The notes: a model not told the origin generated them from the letters alone. A DNA stretch of 48,217 bases from Faecousia sp. (GCA_045601675.1 JAZSAB010000004.1:1-48217), one strand, 5' to 3'. Shown: positions 17,601 to 27,201, numbered from the stretch's first letter. Made by a program: numbers and translations.

Positions 17601-18061
17601 TCATTCGAAAACTGACCGGTGAGGATTATCCCGCCGTCTTGCCCCTATACGAAGAACTGGACCGGATGCATTTTGATGCCCGTCCGGACTGCTGTCTTCC
17701 AAGAGAGGTTGCCTATCCAAAAAATGACTACGATGAAGTAATTGCCGCACCGGACTGTCTGATGATAGGTGCCTTCGACGAAAACGGCAAGCTCCTTGGC
17801 ACCGTCCGGGCAACCCTATGGAACAAAAGCGGTATGGTAGAAGGTATCAAAACCGTATGTCTTGACGACATCTATGTACTGCCGGAAGTACGACGCAAGG
17901 GCATTGCACGGGAGCTGTTTGCCTACACCGAGTTCTGGGCAAAAGAGCAGGGCGCTGTGTGTCTTGACCTGCATGTTTGGGACTTTAACAAAGATGCCCT
18001 CTCCCTGTACCGCGCTATGGGCATGACGCCCCAGCGCTATGTAATGGAGAAGAACTTATGA
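17597..18061 (+). CDS. GNAT acetyltransferase
   Basis: LDDIYVLPEVRRKGIA, LHVWDFNKDALSLYRAMG; ATGA overlap with the upstream gene. Confidence 0.9.
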   Translation: MIIRKLTGEDYPAVLPLYEELDRMHFDARPDCCLPREVAYPKNDYDEVIAAPDCLMIGAFDENGKLLGTVRATLWNKSGMVEGIKTVCLDDIYVLPEVRRKGIARELFAYTEFWAKEQGAVCLDLHVWDFNKDALSLYRAMGMTPQRYVMEKNL

Positions 18062-19425
18062 TATTTTTAGAAACCGCCCGGCTGTGTCTTCGGAATGTGC
18101 GTCCGGAAGATGCCGCCGTTATGTATGACTACCGAAACGATGACCGCTGCGCCCGGTATCAGCGGGGACAGACGAAGGATCTGCCCGGCATTATGGCGCT
18201 GACGGAAAAGCGGCAGCACGATACTTTTTCCGTAGACGCGCCCTTTATGGTGGCAGTAGAGCGCAAGGACACCGGGGAAATGATCGGCGAGATCGTGGTG
18301 ATGCCAAATGACGGCGCCATCTCTCTGGGCTATACCTTCCACTATGACCATCACCGCAAAGGCTTTGCCTTTGAAGCCTTGTCCGCCCTCATTGAAAAGC
18401 TCCATGCGTCGTTCCCGGAGTGGGAATTCATCTGCTTTACCGAGCCGGAAAACACCGCCAGCATAAATCTTTTGAAAAAATTAGGCTACAAAGACCTGGG
18501 ATATATCCAAAAGCTTCAGTCCCGGATGTTCGGCAAGTGGATCCCAAGTCTATACCACTATCTTGCCCGGAAAACGCCGGTGGAAAAAGGCTGGTCCGGC
18601 GACCGGAAATACTGCGCCGAGACCCCGGACGGCAGCAAATATCTCCTGCGGATCACAAATACGGAAAAAGCAGAGCGGTTTTACCGGGGCTTTCAGGGAA
18701 TGGAAAAGGCAGCAGCATTGGGTATCCCTATGTGCCTGCCCATTGAGTTTGGCACTTGCCCGGAGGGCACTTATGCCATCCATAGTTGGATCGATGGTTT
18801 TGACGCAGAGGAATACATCCCCACCCTGCCGGAAAACAAGCAGTATGCCTACGGCCTGGACGCGGGAAAGATTCTAAGAAAGCTCCACTGCCTCCCCGCT
18901 CCTGCAGATGTGACTCCCTGGGCACAGCGGTTTAACGCGAAAATTGACCGAAAGATCAAAATGTACGGGGATTGTCCCCTGAAATACGAGAACGGGGACG
19001 CATTCCTCCGGTTTATCGAAGAAAACCGCCATCTGCTCTCCGACCGTCCCCAAACCTATCAGCACGGGGACTATCATATTGGCAATATGATGGTGGACCG
19101 GGACGGCGTGCTTACAATTATCGACTTTGACCGGGACGACTTTGGCGACCCCTGGGAGGAGTTTAACCGCATCGTATGGTGCGCCCAGGCTTCTCCAGCC
19201 TTTGCCAGCGGTATGGTGGACGGCTACTTTGACGGCAGCGTTCCCATGGAGTTTTGGAAGCTTTTGGCGCTCTATATTGCCAGCAACACCCTCAGTTCCC
19301 TGCCCTGGGCGATCCCCTTTGGGGAGACAGAGATCACCACCATGAAAAACCAAGCCACCCAGGTCCTCACCTGGTATCGGGGTATGCAAAACCCTGTGCC
19401 GACTTGGTATACGGTACAGATCTAA
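18058..19425 (+). CDS. GNAT (RimJ-like) fused to an aminoglycoside phosphotransferase-like kinase
   Basis: N-terminal ETARLCLR...NTASINLLKKLG; C-terminal KGWSGDRKY, HGDYHIGN, IIDFD. Confidence 0.85.
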   Translation: MIFLETARLCLRNVRPEDAAVMYDYRNDDRCARYQRGQTKDLPGIMALTEKRQHDTFSVDAPFMVAVERKDTGEMIGEIVVMPNDGAISLGYTFHYDHHRKGFAFEALSALIEKLHASFPEWEFICFTEPENTASINLLKKLGYKDLGYIQKLQSRMFGKWIPSLYHYLARKTPVEKGWSGDRKYCAETPDGSKYLLRITNTEKAERFYRGFQGMEKAAALGIPMCLPIEFGTCPEGTYAIHSWIDGFDAEEYIPTLPENKQYAYGLDAGKILRKLHCLPAPADVTPWAQRFNAKIDRKIKMYGDCPLKYENGDAFLRFIEENRHLLSDRPQTYQHGDYHIGNMMVDRDGVLTIIDFDRDDFGDPWEEFNRIVWCAQASPAFASGMVDGYFDGSVPMEFWKLLALYIASNTLSSLPWAIPFGETEITTMKNQATQVLTWYRGMQNPVPTWYTVQI

Positions 19426-19437
19426 AAAGGAGAAATT

Positions 19438-19902
19438 ATGATTAACAAAGATGCGTACGCTTTGCTTTTTGACAAATGGATCAAGAAGTTGCGCCTTGTC
19501 CCGGACTGGGATATCCTTTTAGAGTGGGTGGAGGATCCCACCTGGCGCAAGACCGGCGATTTTAAAGTGGATTGCACCGACAAAAAGGCAGTCATCCTAC
19601 TAAATGCAGCAAATCCCAAGTAAGAAAACCTGGAAGAAGTTATCGTTCATGAACTATTACACCTAAAGCTTTACCCTTTAGATCAGGTAACGGAAGCACT
19701 GATTCGAAGCAACTTTGAGGAAGGCTCAAACGGCTATAATTTAGCTTATTACGGTTTCTTTGAAACCTTAGAGCAAACAGTCGAAGAACTGGCAAAGTGC
19801 TACTTACTGGAATTCGGCGAGGATAAAAGCCTGTCCTTTGGACGCTGCCGTCTCCAAAAGTCTTTTACCGAACTCTATGATGGTTTAGCAAACATTGAGT
19901 GA
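19438..19902 (+). pseudogene. HExxH metallopeptidase-like gene interrupted by an in-frame TAA at 19621-19623
   Basis: The frame stays open past the stop: NPK*ENLEEVIVHELLHLKLYPLDQ...ANIE* ending at TGA 19900-19902. Confidence 0.75.
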
Positions 19903-19910
19903 GGTATTTT

Positions 19911-20414
19911 ATGCCACTAAAGAATTATCCGCAGCCGGAAATGATTGTAATCAGCGACACGCTTCGGCTGCGCAAGTACGATGGGCATTTTGAACTCTTC
20001 CTGCCCGGCTATCAGGACCCCTATGTTTACCAAAACTCCGAGGGCATCTTCGATGAAAGCCGCATTCCCACCTTAGACTATGTGAAAGGGATGTGTACAT
20101 ATCTCGAGAAGGTGGGAGAACTTTACTACATAGAGGCAAAAGAGGGAGATTCTTTCGTTCCCATCGGCGATGTTACCGTTAAAGATGATAATCCGCCTGT
20201 CGCCATTTGGAAGGCGGAGTATCGGGGCAAAGGGATTGGGAAAGCGGTGATGCAGACCTTGGTTTCCCGACTGAAAGAATTAGGATACGAAAGGATTACC
20301 GGCTCGACTGTGTATCAGTGGAACACCGCCTCCCAAAAGCTCCACGAAAGCCTGGGCTTTTCCCGTACTGGGGAAAACGAACGGGAGATCTTATACGAGA
20401 AACCCCTTCTCTAA
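19911..20414 (+). CDS. GNAT acetyltransferase
   Basis: YRGKGIGKAV, NTASQKLHESLGF; GAGGT SD before ATG 19911. Confidence 0.85.
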   Translation: MPLKNYPQPEMIVISDTLRLRKYDGHFELFLPGYQDPYVYQNSEGIFDESRIPTLDYVKGMCTYLEKVGELYYIEAKEGDSFVPIGDVTVKDDNPPVAIWKAEYRGKGIGKAVMQTLVSRLKELGYERITGSTVYQWNTASQKLHESLGFSRTGENEREILYEKPLL

Positions 20415-20532
20415 AAGGCTCCCCTTGTCAGGGGAGCCGGAAAAAATCTTTGATTTTTGCCTGAGGGGTAGTCTTTTCTCCCTCCCTCACGGCTTATTGC
20501 CCCGTCACCTCCCTCATCAGAGGGAGGCTTTT
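20413..20532. repeat. Inverted pair of palindromic REP/MITE-like units
   Basis: Unit 1 (+): AAAGGCTCCCCT-TGTC-AGGGGAGCC...TGAGGG. Unit 2 (-): AAAGCCTCCCTC-TGAT-GAGGGAGG...TGAGGG. Confidence 0.6.
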
Positions 20533-20545
20533 ATAGCGGTTATCT

Positions 20546-20579
20546 AAAAATCCCCCAAAGCCAATGACTTTGGGGGATT
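20546..20579 (-). terminator. Intrinsic terminator
   Basis: AATCCCCCAAAG/CTTTGGGGGATT stem with T run on the minus strand. Confidence 0.75.
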
Positions 20580-20583
20580 ATCG

Positions 20584-21354
20584 TTATACAGCTACTTCTT
20601 CTTTTTTCTTTGCCTTTTTGTCCTTCAGATACCAGGGTAGGTACGCAACGCCGAACAGCACCGTGATTACGCTTGCCATAACCAGGGCGCGGATCCAGAA
20701 GTTGGCGGGCAAAATATCCAGAATAGAGGGGGTCGCCTCCGGCTCTGCCATAAACAGATAGTTGGCGCCGGGACCCAGCATCCGGTTGGTAAAGTAGGCG
20801 ATCACCGCCAAAACCAGCAATGTTACATAGGACTTTACCGCAGACTTGATGGTGGGGCGCATGCCGTGGACAAAGGTCATATAAAAAATTGCCACATAGC
20901 CCAGGGTGTGCTCAAACCAGAACTGGTAATAACGGAATCGGGTAGGACCTGCGTAGGAGATCACCGTGGGGGTGATGAGCGCGAAGATTGAGCCGGAAAG
21001 CAGCCAGAAATAGGAAATATCGTACAGGGTCTGGGTCTTGCCGATGACCATATAGCTGCAGAAGATCACCGCCCAGCCGCACACGGTAATCGGCAGATGG
21101 TCCACGGGGGTCGGTCCCAAAGAGGGCATACCCACCAGGCGCCAGTAATAGGACATTTCCGAAATAATCAGCATAAATGCCAAAATATAGCGGAGGTTCT
21201 TATCGTACTTGGATTCTCTCAGCTGACCCCGGAACCGGTAGATGAGGAAAAGAACCCCTATAAGCAGCAGGATCGGTATAAAATGCGCTGCCGTGAAATT
21301 CACAAATTCAATTTCCTCGCCTTGACCGAAGAAATATGTAAAAAACTCTCTCAT
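20584..21354 (-). CDS. YwaF/TIGR02206-like integral membrane protein
   Basis: HLPITVC, ALITP, QFWFEH, ANYLFM motifs; start at MREFF. Confidence 0.75.
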   Translation of the reverse strand: MREFFTYFFGQGEEIEFVNFTAAHFIPILLLIGVLFLIYRFRGQLRESKYDKNLRYILAFMLIISEMSYYWRLVGMPSLGPTPVDHLPITVCGWAVIFCSYMVIGKTQTLYDISYFWLLSGSIFALITPTVISYAGPTRFRYYQFWFEHTLGYVAIFYMTFVHGMRPTIKSAVKSYVTLLVLAVIAYFTNRMLGPGANYLFMAEPEATPSILDILPANFWIRALVMASVITVLFGVAYLPWYLKDKKAKKKEEVAV

Positions 21355-21358
21355 AGAA

Positions 21359-21399
21359 AAAATCTCCTTGTTTTTTATCCCTAAAAACAAGGAGATTTT
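21359..21399 (-). terminator. 17-bp perfect hairpin containing the SD of the downstream gene
   Basis: AAAATCTCCTTGTTTTT / AAAAACAAGGAGATTTT inverted repeat. Confidence 0.65.
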
Positions 21400-21419
21400 A
21401 TCATACATTGCTTGTTATT

Positions 21420-23360
21420 TCAAGGTGTTTCGGCACTTTCCTGCTTTTTCCGTTCCTGGCGGAGGATCCGGGAGCTGTTAATGAGCACCGCAAAGGCGCC
21501 TAAGTTGTGGAGCACCGTGCCTGCAAGGGCGGTGATTACGCCGAAGGCGGACAGACCGATCATAGTCACACTGATCACGATGGACAGAGCCAGGTTTTGA
21601 TAAATGACCTTCCGGGTCCGCTTCGCCAGGTCGATGGCAAAGGGGATGTTCATCAGGTTATTGTTCATCAGTGCGATGTCCGCAGACTCGATGGCAACAT
21701 CGGAGCCCATAGCGCCCATGGCGATGCCCACATCCGCCTCCCGGAGGATCAGCGCGTCGTTGATGCCGTCGCCGATGGCAAGCACATTATGCTCCCCCGC
21801 GGAGATGTCCCGGAGCATACTGAGCTTATCCTGGGGCAAAAGCTGGGCGTACACCCGGTCAATTCCCAGTTTTTCCTGGATGGCGCGGGCAGGATTCTGC
21901 CGGTCGCCGGTGAGCATCACCGTTTCCCGGATTCCCATATCCTTCAACATCGCAACCGTTTCCGCCGCCTGCTCACGCTCTGTGTCATTAAAGCAAAGGC
22001 AGCCGAGAAGCGCACTATCCTTGGCAAGGTAGCTGACAGAGCCGGCAGCGCTTTCCGGGAAGATTTCCTCGATCTCGCAGCCCAGCCCCTCCAGCCATTC
22101 TCTGCGACCGAACCGCAAAACGCTTCCGTCGGAAAGAGTCGCTTCCATACCGCCGCCGGAGATCTCGTGGACAGAAAGCTCGTGATCAAAATGCCTGTCT
22201 TCCGCCGCAGCCAGCACTGCCCGGGAGACCGGGTGATTGGAGGCAACTGCCAGGGAGGCCGCCATATTGAGCAGTTCATCGTTTTCCCGGTTTTCGCCCC
22301 AACCGATCACATCCGTGAGGGTCAGCTCACCCTTGGTGATGGTGCCGGTCTTATCGAAGACCACGGTGTCGATCTGGGTCAGCTCTTCAATGAACTTGGA
22401 GTTTTTAATGAGAATTCCCTTACCGGTGGCAGCAGACAGCGCCGCGATCATAGGCGCGGAGCTGACCAGCATCTGACCGCAGGGGCAGGATACCACCAGC
22501 ACCGCGATGGCCTGGGAGATATCCCGGTTGATAAGCGCCACCAATGCCGCGACACCCAGCACAAAGGGAATGTAGCCCGCAAGGAAACGGTCGATAAGCC
22601 GGGATTCCGGCATTTGGATACCCTCGGACTGCTCCAAAAGCTGGAGGATCTTGGAGAAAGTAGTATTCTCGTACTCTTTTTTAACCTCCACCAAAATTCT
22701 GCCGTCTAAGTTAGTGGTGCCGGCATACACCGCGTCGCCTACCTTTGTGTAGGCAGGCTCCGGCTCGCCGGTGAGGGACTTTTGGTCGATATTTGTCTCG
22801 CCACTAACCACCACGCCGTCGATGGGGATACCCATACCGGGTCTTACCACAATGATCTGTCCCGGTTTCAGAGAAGTAGCTTCCACCGGGATCTCTTCCT
22901 CATTTTCAAACAGCACCGCTGTGCGCTGCTGCATATTCATAAGGTTGTCGATAACCTCTCTGCCGCCCATAATGCTCCGCTCTTCCAGCAGGTGCACCAA
23001 GTTGAGGATCAGAGGGATCAGCAGGGCAAGGATCATATCCTGGCTGAACACGCAGGCGATGATAGCGATGCCCACCAAAAGCTCCATGGCGTTCGTAAGG
23101 TTCTTGGTAAACAGGCCCTTAATGCCGGTGATGATCACCGGAATACCCTCAATGAGCACGCCGATAAAATACAGCAGCGGCGGCACCAGGGGGTAGGGAT
23201 TGCCCAAAAGGTAGGTGTAAATGAGACCGGCAGCCAAAAGTGCCAGAGTCACAACGCCGCCAAGAAGCTCCCGCTGCAGCTTTTTCCGGGCATTTTCGCT
23301 TAAATTGTCACGGGAGACCGCTTCCAGGGAGTTGCGCGCCATATTGTTAATGTTTTCCAT
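21420..23360 (-). CDS. P1B-type heavy-metal-translocating ATPase without N-terminal metal-binding domain
   Basis: LTGE, SCPC, DKTGT, SNHP, MLTGD, GDGIND; last TM LHNLG; ATG 23360 with AGGAGG SD. Confidence 0.9.
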   Translation of the reverse strand: MENINNMARNSLEAVSRDNLSENARKKLQRELLGGVVTLALLAAGLIYTYLLGNPYPLVPPLLYFIGVLIEGIPVIITGIKGLFTKNLTNAMELLVGIAIIACVFSQDMILALLIPLILNLVHLLEERSIMGGREVIDNLMNMQQRTAVLFENEEEIPVEATSLKPGQIIVVRPGMGIPIDGVVVSGETNIDQKSLTGEPEPAYTKVGDAVYAGTTNLDGRILVEVKKEYENTTFSKILQLLEQSEGIQMPESRLIDRFLAGYIPFVLGVAALVALINRDISQAIAVLVVSCPCGQMLVSSAPMIAALSAATGKGILIKNSKFIEELTQIDTVVFDKTGTITKGELTLTDVIGWGENRENDELLNMAASLAVASNHPVSRAVLAAAEDRHFDHELSVHEISGGGMEATLSDGSVLRFGRREWLEGLGCEIEEIFPESAAGSVSYLAKDSALLGCLCFNDTEREQAAETVAMLKDMGIRETVMLTGDRQNPARAIQEKLGIDRVYAQLLPQDKLSMLRDISAGEHNVLAIGDGINDALILREADVGIAMGAMGSDVAIESADIALMNNNLMNIPFAIDLAKRTRKVIYQNLALSIVISVTMIGLSAFGVITALAGTVLHNLGAFAVLINSSRILRQERKKQESAETP

Positions 23361-23371
23361 ACGCACGCCTC

Positions 23372-24307
23372 CTACGGATCCAGGATGATCTTGGTCTCGC
23401 CGTCCTGGACCACACGGACTTTTCCGATGGTCTGCATCAGCTTGGCGACCTTTGCGTTAAAGACACGGGTCTTGACCACTTCGGGATTCTGCTTATACTC
23501 ATCCAGCAGACCCCAAAACTCCGTCAGTGCCTTGTCCGCGGCAGATACTCTCTCTGCCTGGTTTGCGTTTGCTGCGGAAATAAGGGCTGCCGCCTCTCCC
23601 TCTGCCTCAGGCAGCAGATTGGCGCGATAGCTTCTTGCGTTTTCTAAGGTTGTCGCTGCCCGCACTGTGGCGGCATTGACTTCATCATAAATGAGTCTTA
23701 CCTCCGCGGGCATTACCACCTGGGTAAGCTCGATGGTTGCCAGAGTAATACCCACGCCGGCAGTGTCCAGCTTTTCCTGGGCACGGCGCATGGTCTGCCG
23801 GGCAAAGGCATCCTTGCCTGTGGTCAGCAGGTCGTCCACATCGTAGTTTGCCGCCTCTGTCAGCATAGCGGTGCTGACGCTGGCGTTGATGACGGACGGA
23901 ATATCTTTTACATTGAGGGCATAAGACACCGGATCGGAGACCATATACTTTGCCGATGCGGACAGCACCGCGATATTCTGGTCGCCGGTGATCACATAGG
24001 CGCCGGATTTTGTAAAAGCGCCTTCCGAATAATAGGTGGTAACGCTCTGCTCCATTACGTTGCTGGTGGGCACCATAATGACTTCGTCGATGATGTACGG
24101 GAACGCCAGCAGCAGACCCGGTTCGTGAACCTGCTCCTCATAGGTGTCACCTACCAGCTTTCCGAACCGCAGAACAAGCGCCACTTCGCCGCTTTTTACC
24201 ACCCGGATACCGGACAGAAAGATTCCCGCAACCACAATAACCACCAGTACCTTAAGGTACTTGGTCACCGTGGTGAGGATGTCCGTAAACAGGTTGTTTT
24301 TCTGCAT
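23372..24307 (-). CDS. SPFH/band-7 protein (HflK-like)
   Basis: Single TM, VLRFGK, PGLLLAFPYIID, ITGDQNIA, Ala-rich coiled coil. Confidence 0.85.
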   Translation of the reverse strand: MQKNNLFTDILTTVTKYLKVLVVIVVAGIFLSGIRVVKSGEVALVLRFGKLVGDTYEEQVHEPGLLLAFPYIIDEVIMVPTSNVMEQSVTTYYSEGAFTKSGAYVITGDQNIAVLSASAKYMVSDPVSYALNVKDIPSVINASVSTAMLTEAANYDVDDLLTTGKDAFARQTMRRAQEKLDTAGVGITLATIELTQVVMPAEVRLIYDEVNAATVRAATTLENARSYRANLLPEAEGEAAALISAANANQAERVSAADKALTEFWGLLDEYKQNPEVVKTRVFNAKVAKLMQTIGKVRVVQDGETKIILDP

Positions 24308-24317
24308 ACGAGCCTCC

Positions 24318-25373
24318 TTATCCTTCCGCTGCCTGACGGATCAGTGCGGTGGTGGCAACGGTCAGCGCCTCCCGGTCCTCATCGGAGAGCTGAGTCATAA
24401 TATAGGAAAGGTCGTTGATAACGGTTTCATTGCCCTCTGCAGACAGATTCTTGGAGTACTGGGTAAGGATATTGAAGGGATACTCGTCCGCCTTTACCAC
24501 CAGCACAGTGCTGCTGTTTACGGACGCTACCATGGTATCCAGGTCCATCAGGAACTGATAGAGCTCCAGGTTTGCGTTCTGTGCCTCGGCGTAGATCCGG
24601 GCGACCTTGGTCTCGGTGTCCGCGTTGATCTGAGCAGCCTGGGTCGTGCCGTCTGCCTTAATCTTTGCGGCTTCCTGCTCTGCCTCGGTGACGATCTTGG
24701 TGGAATCCAGCTGGGCCTGTGCCATAATGGCATCGATGTCCTTCTGGCGGTCCGCGGTCATCTGGGCAAAGACGCTGTCTAAGTTGGTATCCGGCAGAGA
24801 AAGGCGCAGGATGCTCACATCTGTCACATCAATGCCGTAGTTTGCAAGGCACACCTCCCGGACACGGGAGAAGATATCCTGCTGTATCTGGTCGATCTTG
24901 ATCTCTTTTGCCTCCAGGGACACAAGCTCGGAGAGCTTGTAGCCACCCATAGTGCTGTTGGTGGCGCTGAACACCTGGTCGTTTATGTAGGTGCTTGCGG
25001 TACCCTGGGCGCCCACGCTGTTGTGGTAGAGCACGGGGTCATTGATCTTGTAGACCACATAGGACTGCAGGACGATATTGCGCTTGTCGGAAGTGGTGGT
25101 CTCCAGTTTGTTGGACTCTAAGTACTGCAGTCTTGCATCGTAGGTGACCACGGTCTCAAAGGGCCAGGGCAGCTTCAGATACACGCCGGATTCAGTGATC
25201 TGCTCCCGGACTGCGCCAAACCGCAAGATAACAGCGCAGCTTCCCTCCCGGACCTGGCAGACAAATCCGAACCACAGAAGTACCAATACTACCAGCGCCA
25301 CGGTCACATATTTCACCACACCGGCAATGACCGCGCCGGTGTTCTTTTTCGTTTCATTCTTTGTTTCGATCAT
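24318..25373 (-). CDS. SPFH/band-7 protein (HflC-like)
   Basis: LRFGA, KLPWPFE, TSDKRNIV, YGIDVTDVSILRLSLP, QMTADR; start MIETK with GGAGGT SD. Confidence 0.85.
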   Translation of the reverse strand: MIETKNETKKNTGAVIAGVVKYVTVALVVLVLLWFGFVCQVREGSCAVILRFGAVREQITESGVYLKLPWPFETVVTYDARLQYLESNKLETTTSDKRNIVLQSYVVYKINDPVLYHNSVGAQGTASTYINDQVFSATNSTMGGYKLSELVSLEAKEIKIDQIQQDIFSRVREVCLANYGIDVTDVSILRLSLPDTNLDSVFAQMTADRQKDIDAIMAQAQLDSTKIVTEAEQEAAKIKADGTTQAAQINADTETKVARIYAEAQNANLELYQFLMDLDTMVASVNSSTVLVVKADEYPFNILTQYSKNLSAEGNETVINDLSYIMTQLSDEDREALTVATTALIRQAAEG

Positions 25374-25401
25374 CGTTGTTACCTCCATCTGTCAGCACGC
25401 C

Positions 25402-27153
25402 TTACTCCTGGGGAGCTTGCTGAGGCTGCTGGGTCAGTGAGCCAATGTACAGATTCGAGCTGTCCACGCCCTCGCCAACAATGATGAGCTTTGCATCGCC
25501 GTAGGCCTTCATAAGGGCGTTCATATACTTTTGGAAACGGTAGTAGCCGGGGTTATCCTCGTCCGCCTCTACAGATGCCAGGAATTCCTTCACGGAGGCT
25601 TCCGCGCCGGCAACCTGCTCCTGCTGGCTGACCTTTGCGGCGCCGATAAGCTTTTCCGCCTCTTCCCTGGCGCTCATGATATTACTGTTGGCAATGGTCT
25701 GGGCATTGAGGATCAGATACTCTGCGTCAATGCCTGCGCTGATGATGTCCTGGTAGATCTCCGCCACCTCCACAGGAGGATGGATGCTCACCAGTACCAC
25801 GCTGACTACCTCAATACCCGTCTCATACTCCGAAAGCTTTTCCGTCAGTTCCTTTTGGAAATCCACCGCAAAGGCCTCACGGTCCGCCGCCAGAAGAGAA
25901 TCCAAATCTGTGGAGATGGTCCGCTCGGTGATGATCTCATAGGCTTTTGCCTGCAAGATCGCCACGGGATCGGCGGTATTCTTTGTGTACTTTATAAGAT
26001 CGTTTATCTTGTACTCCAGGGTCAGGTTAATGGACGCGATCTCGTTGCCGTCACCCAACAGCAAGCGGTATTCCTCACCGCCGTGGGCCTTGGTCCAGTA
26101 GTTATCCTGGACCTCGGTGGGCACGAAACCGATGGTCACTTTGCCAATGGTCTGGGTGTCTGTCACCTCCACCCGGTCAAAGGGCCATGGGAGCGTCAGG
26201 TGGAAGCCGGACTTCAAGGTCTTTTCCTGCAGCTTTCCTACCCGGAACAGCGCGCCCTCCTGGTGAGAACCGATCTGCACCAGACCGGTGGATAGCCACA
26301 GCACCAGCGCTACACCCAAAACCGCCGCCGGCAGGGTCTGCTTTACAAACTGCAGGCTCCAAAGGGAGCGCATGGTAATGCCGGTATTCTCTTCTAAGTA
26401 TGTGAGGATGCCGGCGTCCTTGTCCATTCCCCGGAAACTTACCAGCGCCTCGGGGCGGGTATCCAGTTCCCGGCGGATGCCGCGGATCGCCAGGGTAAAG
26501 GCAAGGAACACCGTTTCAAATACAAGGATGATCTGCAGCAGTACTATCAAAATAGCGTCCGCATTATAGATAGAAAGCAGGCTCAGCACCGCCGCCGCTG
26601 CGGTCAGCAGGTAGGCAATGCGGATCATCCGCAGAGCGCTGCAAATGCCCTTAAGCTGGGCAGCCGCATATGTATCCGCCTCGCCGCTTACATGCTTGCA
26701 CCACTTTTCCAGCACGATGGTAAGAGCGGTCAGCACAAGCAGGATCACGGGGATCAAATATCCCAAACGGGTGGCAGTCGCCTCTCCCGCTGTCCAGCAG
26801 AGCCAGTGGATCCCCGCAGCGCCCAACACGCACAGCGCCACTACAAGGATCGTGCGGTTTTTCACATAGAAGCATTTGGCGCTATGCAAAGCCTTCCGTC
26901 CCCGGTAACGCCGCTTTTCCTTTTTATCCTCCGGCAAGATTTCTGCAAACGCCTCCGGCATTTTCCGCACCGGAAGCAGCAAAACCAGCTGGATAAATGC
27001 AGGCAGCAACTGCACAGCAGCCAAAAGCAGCAGAGGCTGCCAGCGGACCACGCCGTACAGGTACATAAGGCCTGCGGAAATCACCGCCAATGCCGCGATA
27101 CAGACCGTAACCGCCAGCTTCGGCGCTGTGATTTTCACTTCCTTTGATTTCAT
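25402..27153 (-). CDS. Multi-TM SPFH/band-7 protein (HflK-like C-terminal domain)
   Basis: About 7 hydrophobic segments, then GFHLTLPWPFD, LLGDGNEI, SIHPPVEV. Confidence 0.8.
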   Translation of the reverse strand: MKSKEVKITAPKLAVTVCIAALAVISAGLMYLYGVVRWQPLLLLAAVQLLPAFIQLVLLLPVRKMPEAFAEILPEDKKEKRRYRGRKALHSAKCFYVKNRTILVVALCVLGAAGIHWLCWTAGEATATRLGYLIPVILLVLTALTIVLEKWCKHVSGEADTYAAAQLKGICSALRMIRIAYLLTAAAAVLSLLSIYNADAILIVLLQIILVFETVFLAFTLAIRGIRRELDTRPEALVSFRGMDKDAGILTYLEENTGITMRSLWSLQFVKQTLPAAVLGVALVLWLSTGLVQIGSHQEGALFRVGKLQEKTLKSGFHLTLPWPFDRVEVTDTQTIGKVTIGFVPTEVQDNYWTKAHGGEEYRLLLGDGNEIASINLTLEYKINDLIKYTKNTADPVAILQAKAYEIITERTISTDLDSLLAADREAFAVDFQKELTEKLSEYETGIEVVSVVLVSIHPPVEVAEIYQDIISAGIDAEYLILNAQTIANSNIMSAREEAEKLIGAAKVSQQEQVAGAEASVKEFLASVEADEDNPGYYRFQKYMNALMKAYGDAKLIIVGEGVDSSNLYIGSLTQQPQQAPQE

Positions 27154-27201
27154 TTGCTTTCCCTCCTCAAAATCAGGGCAGGATATACTTATCTATGCTA
27201 C

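Noticed and set aside
19621-19623. Programmed readthrough or alternative genetic code at the internal stop
   Set aside because: The codon is TAA, not TGA or TAG, and TAA terminates many genes in this window.
12202-20414. Classical integron or prophage/ICE interpretation of the array
   Set aside because: No tyrosine recombinase, attC-like RYYYAAC...GTTRRRY sites, phage genes or conjugation genes seen.
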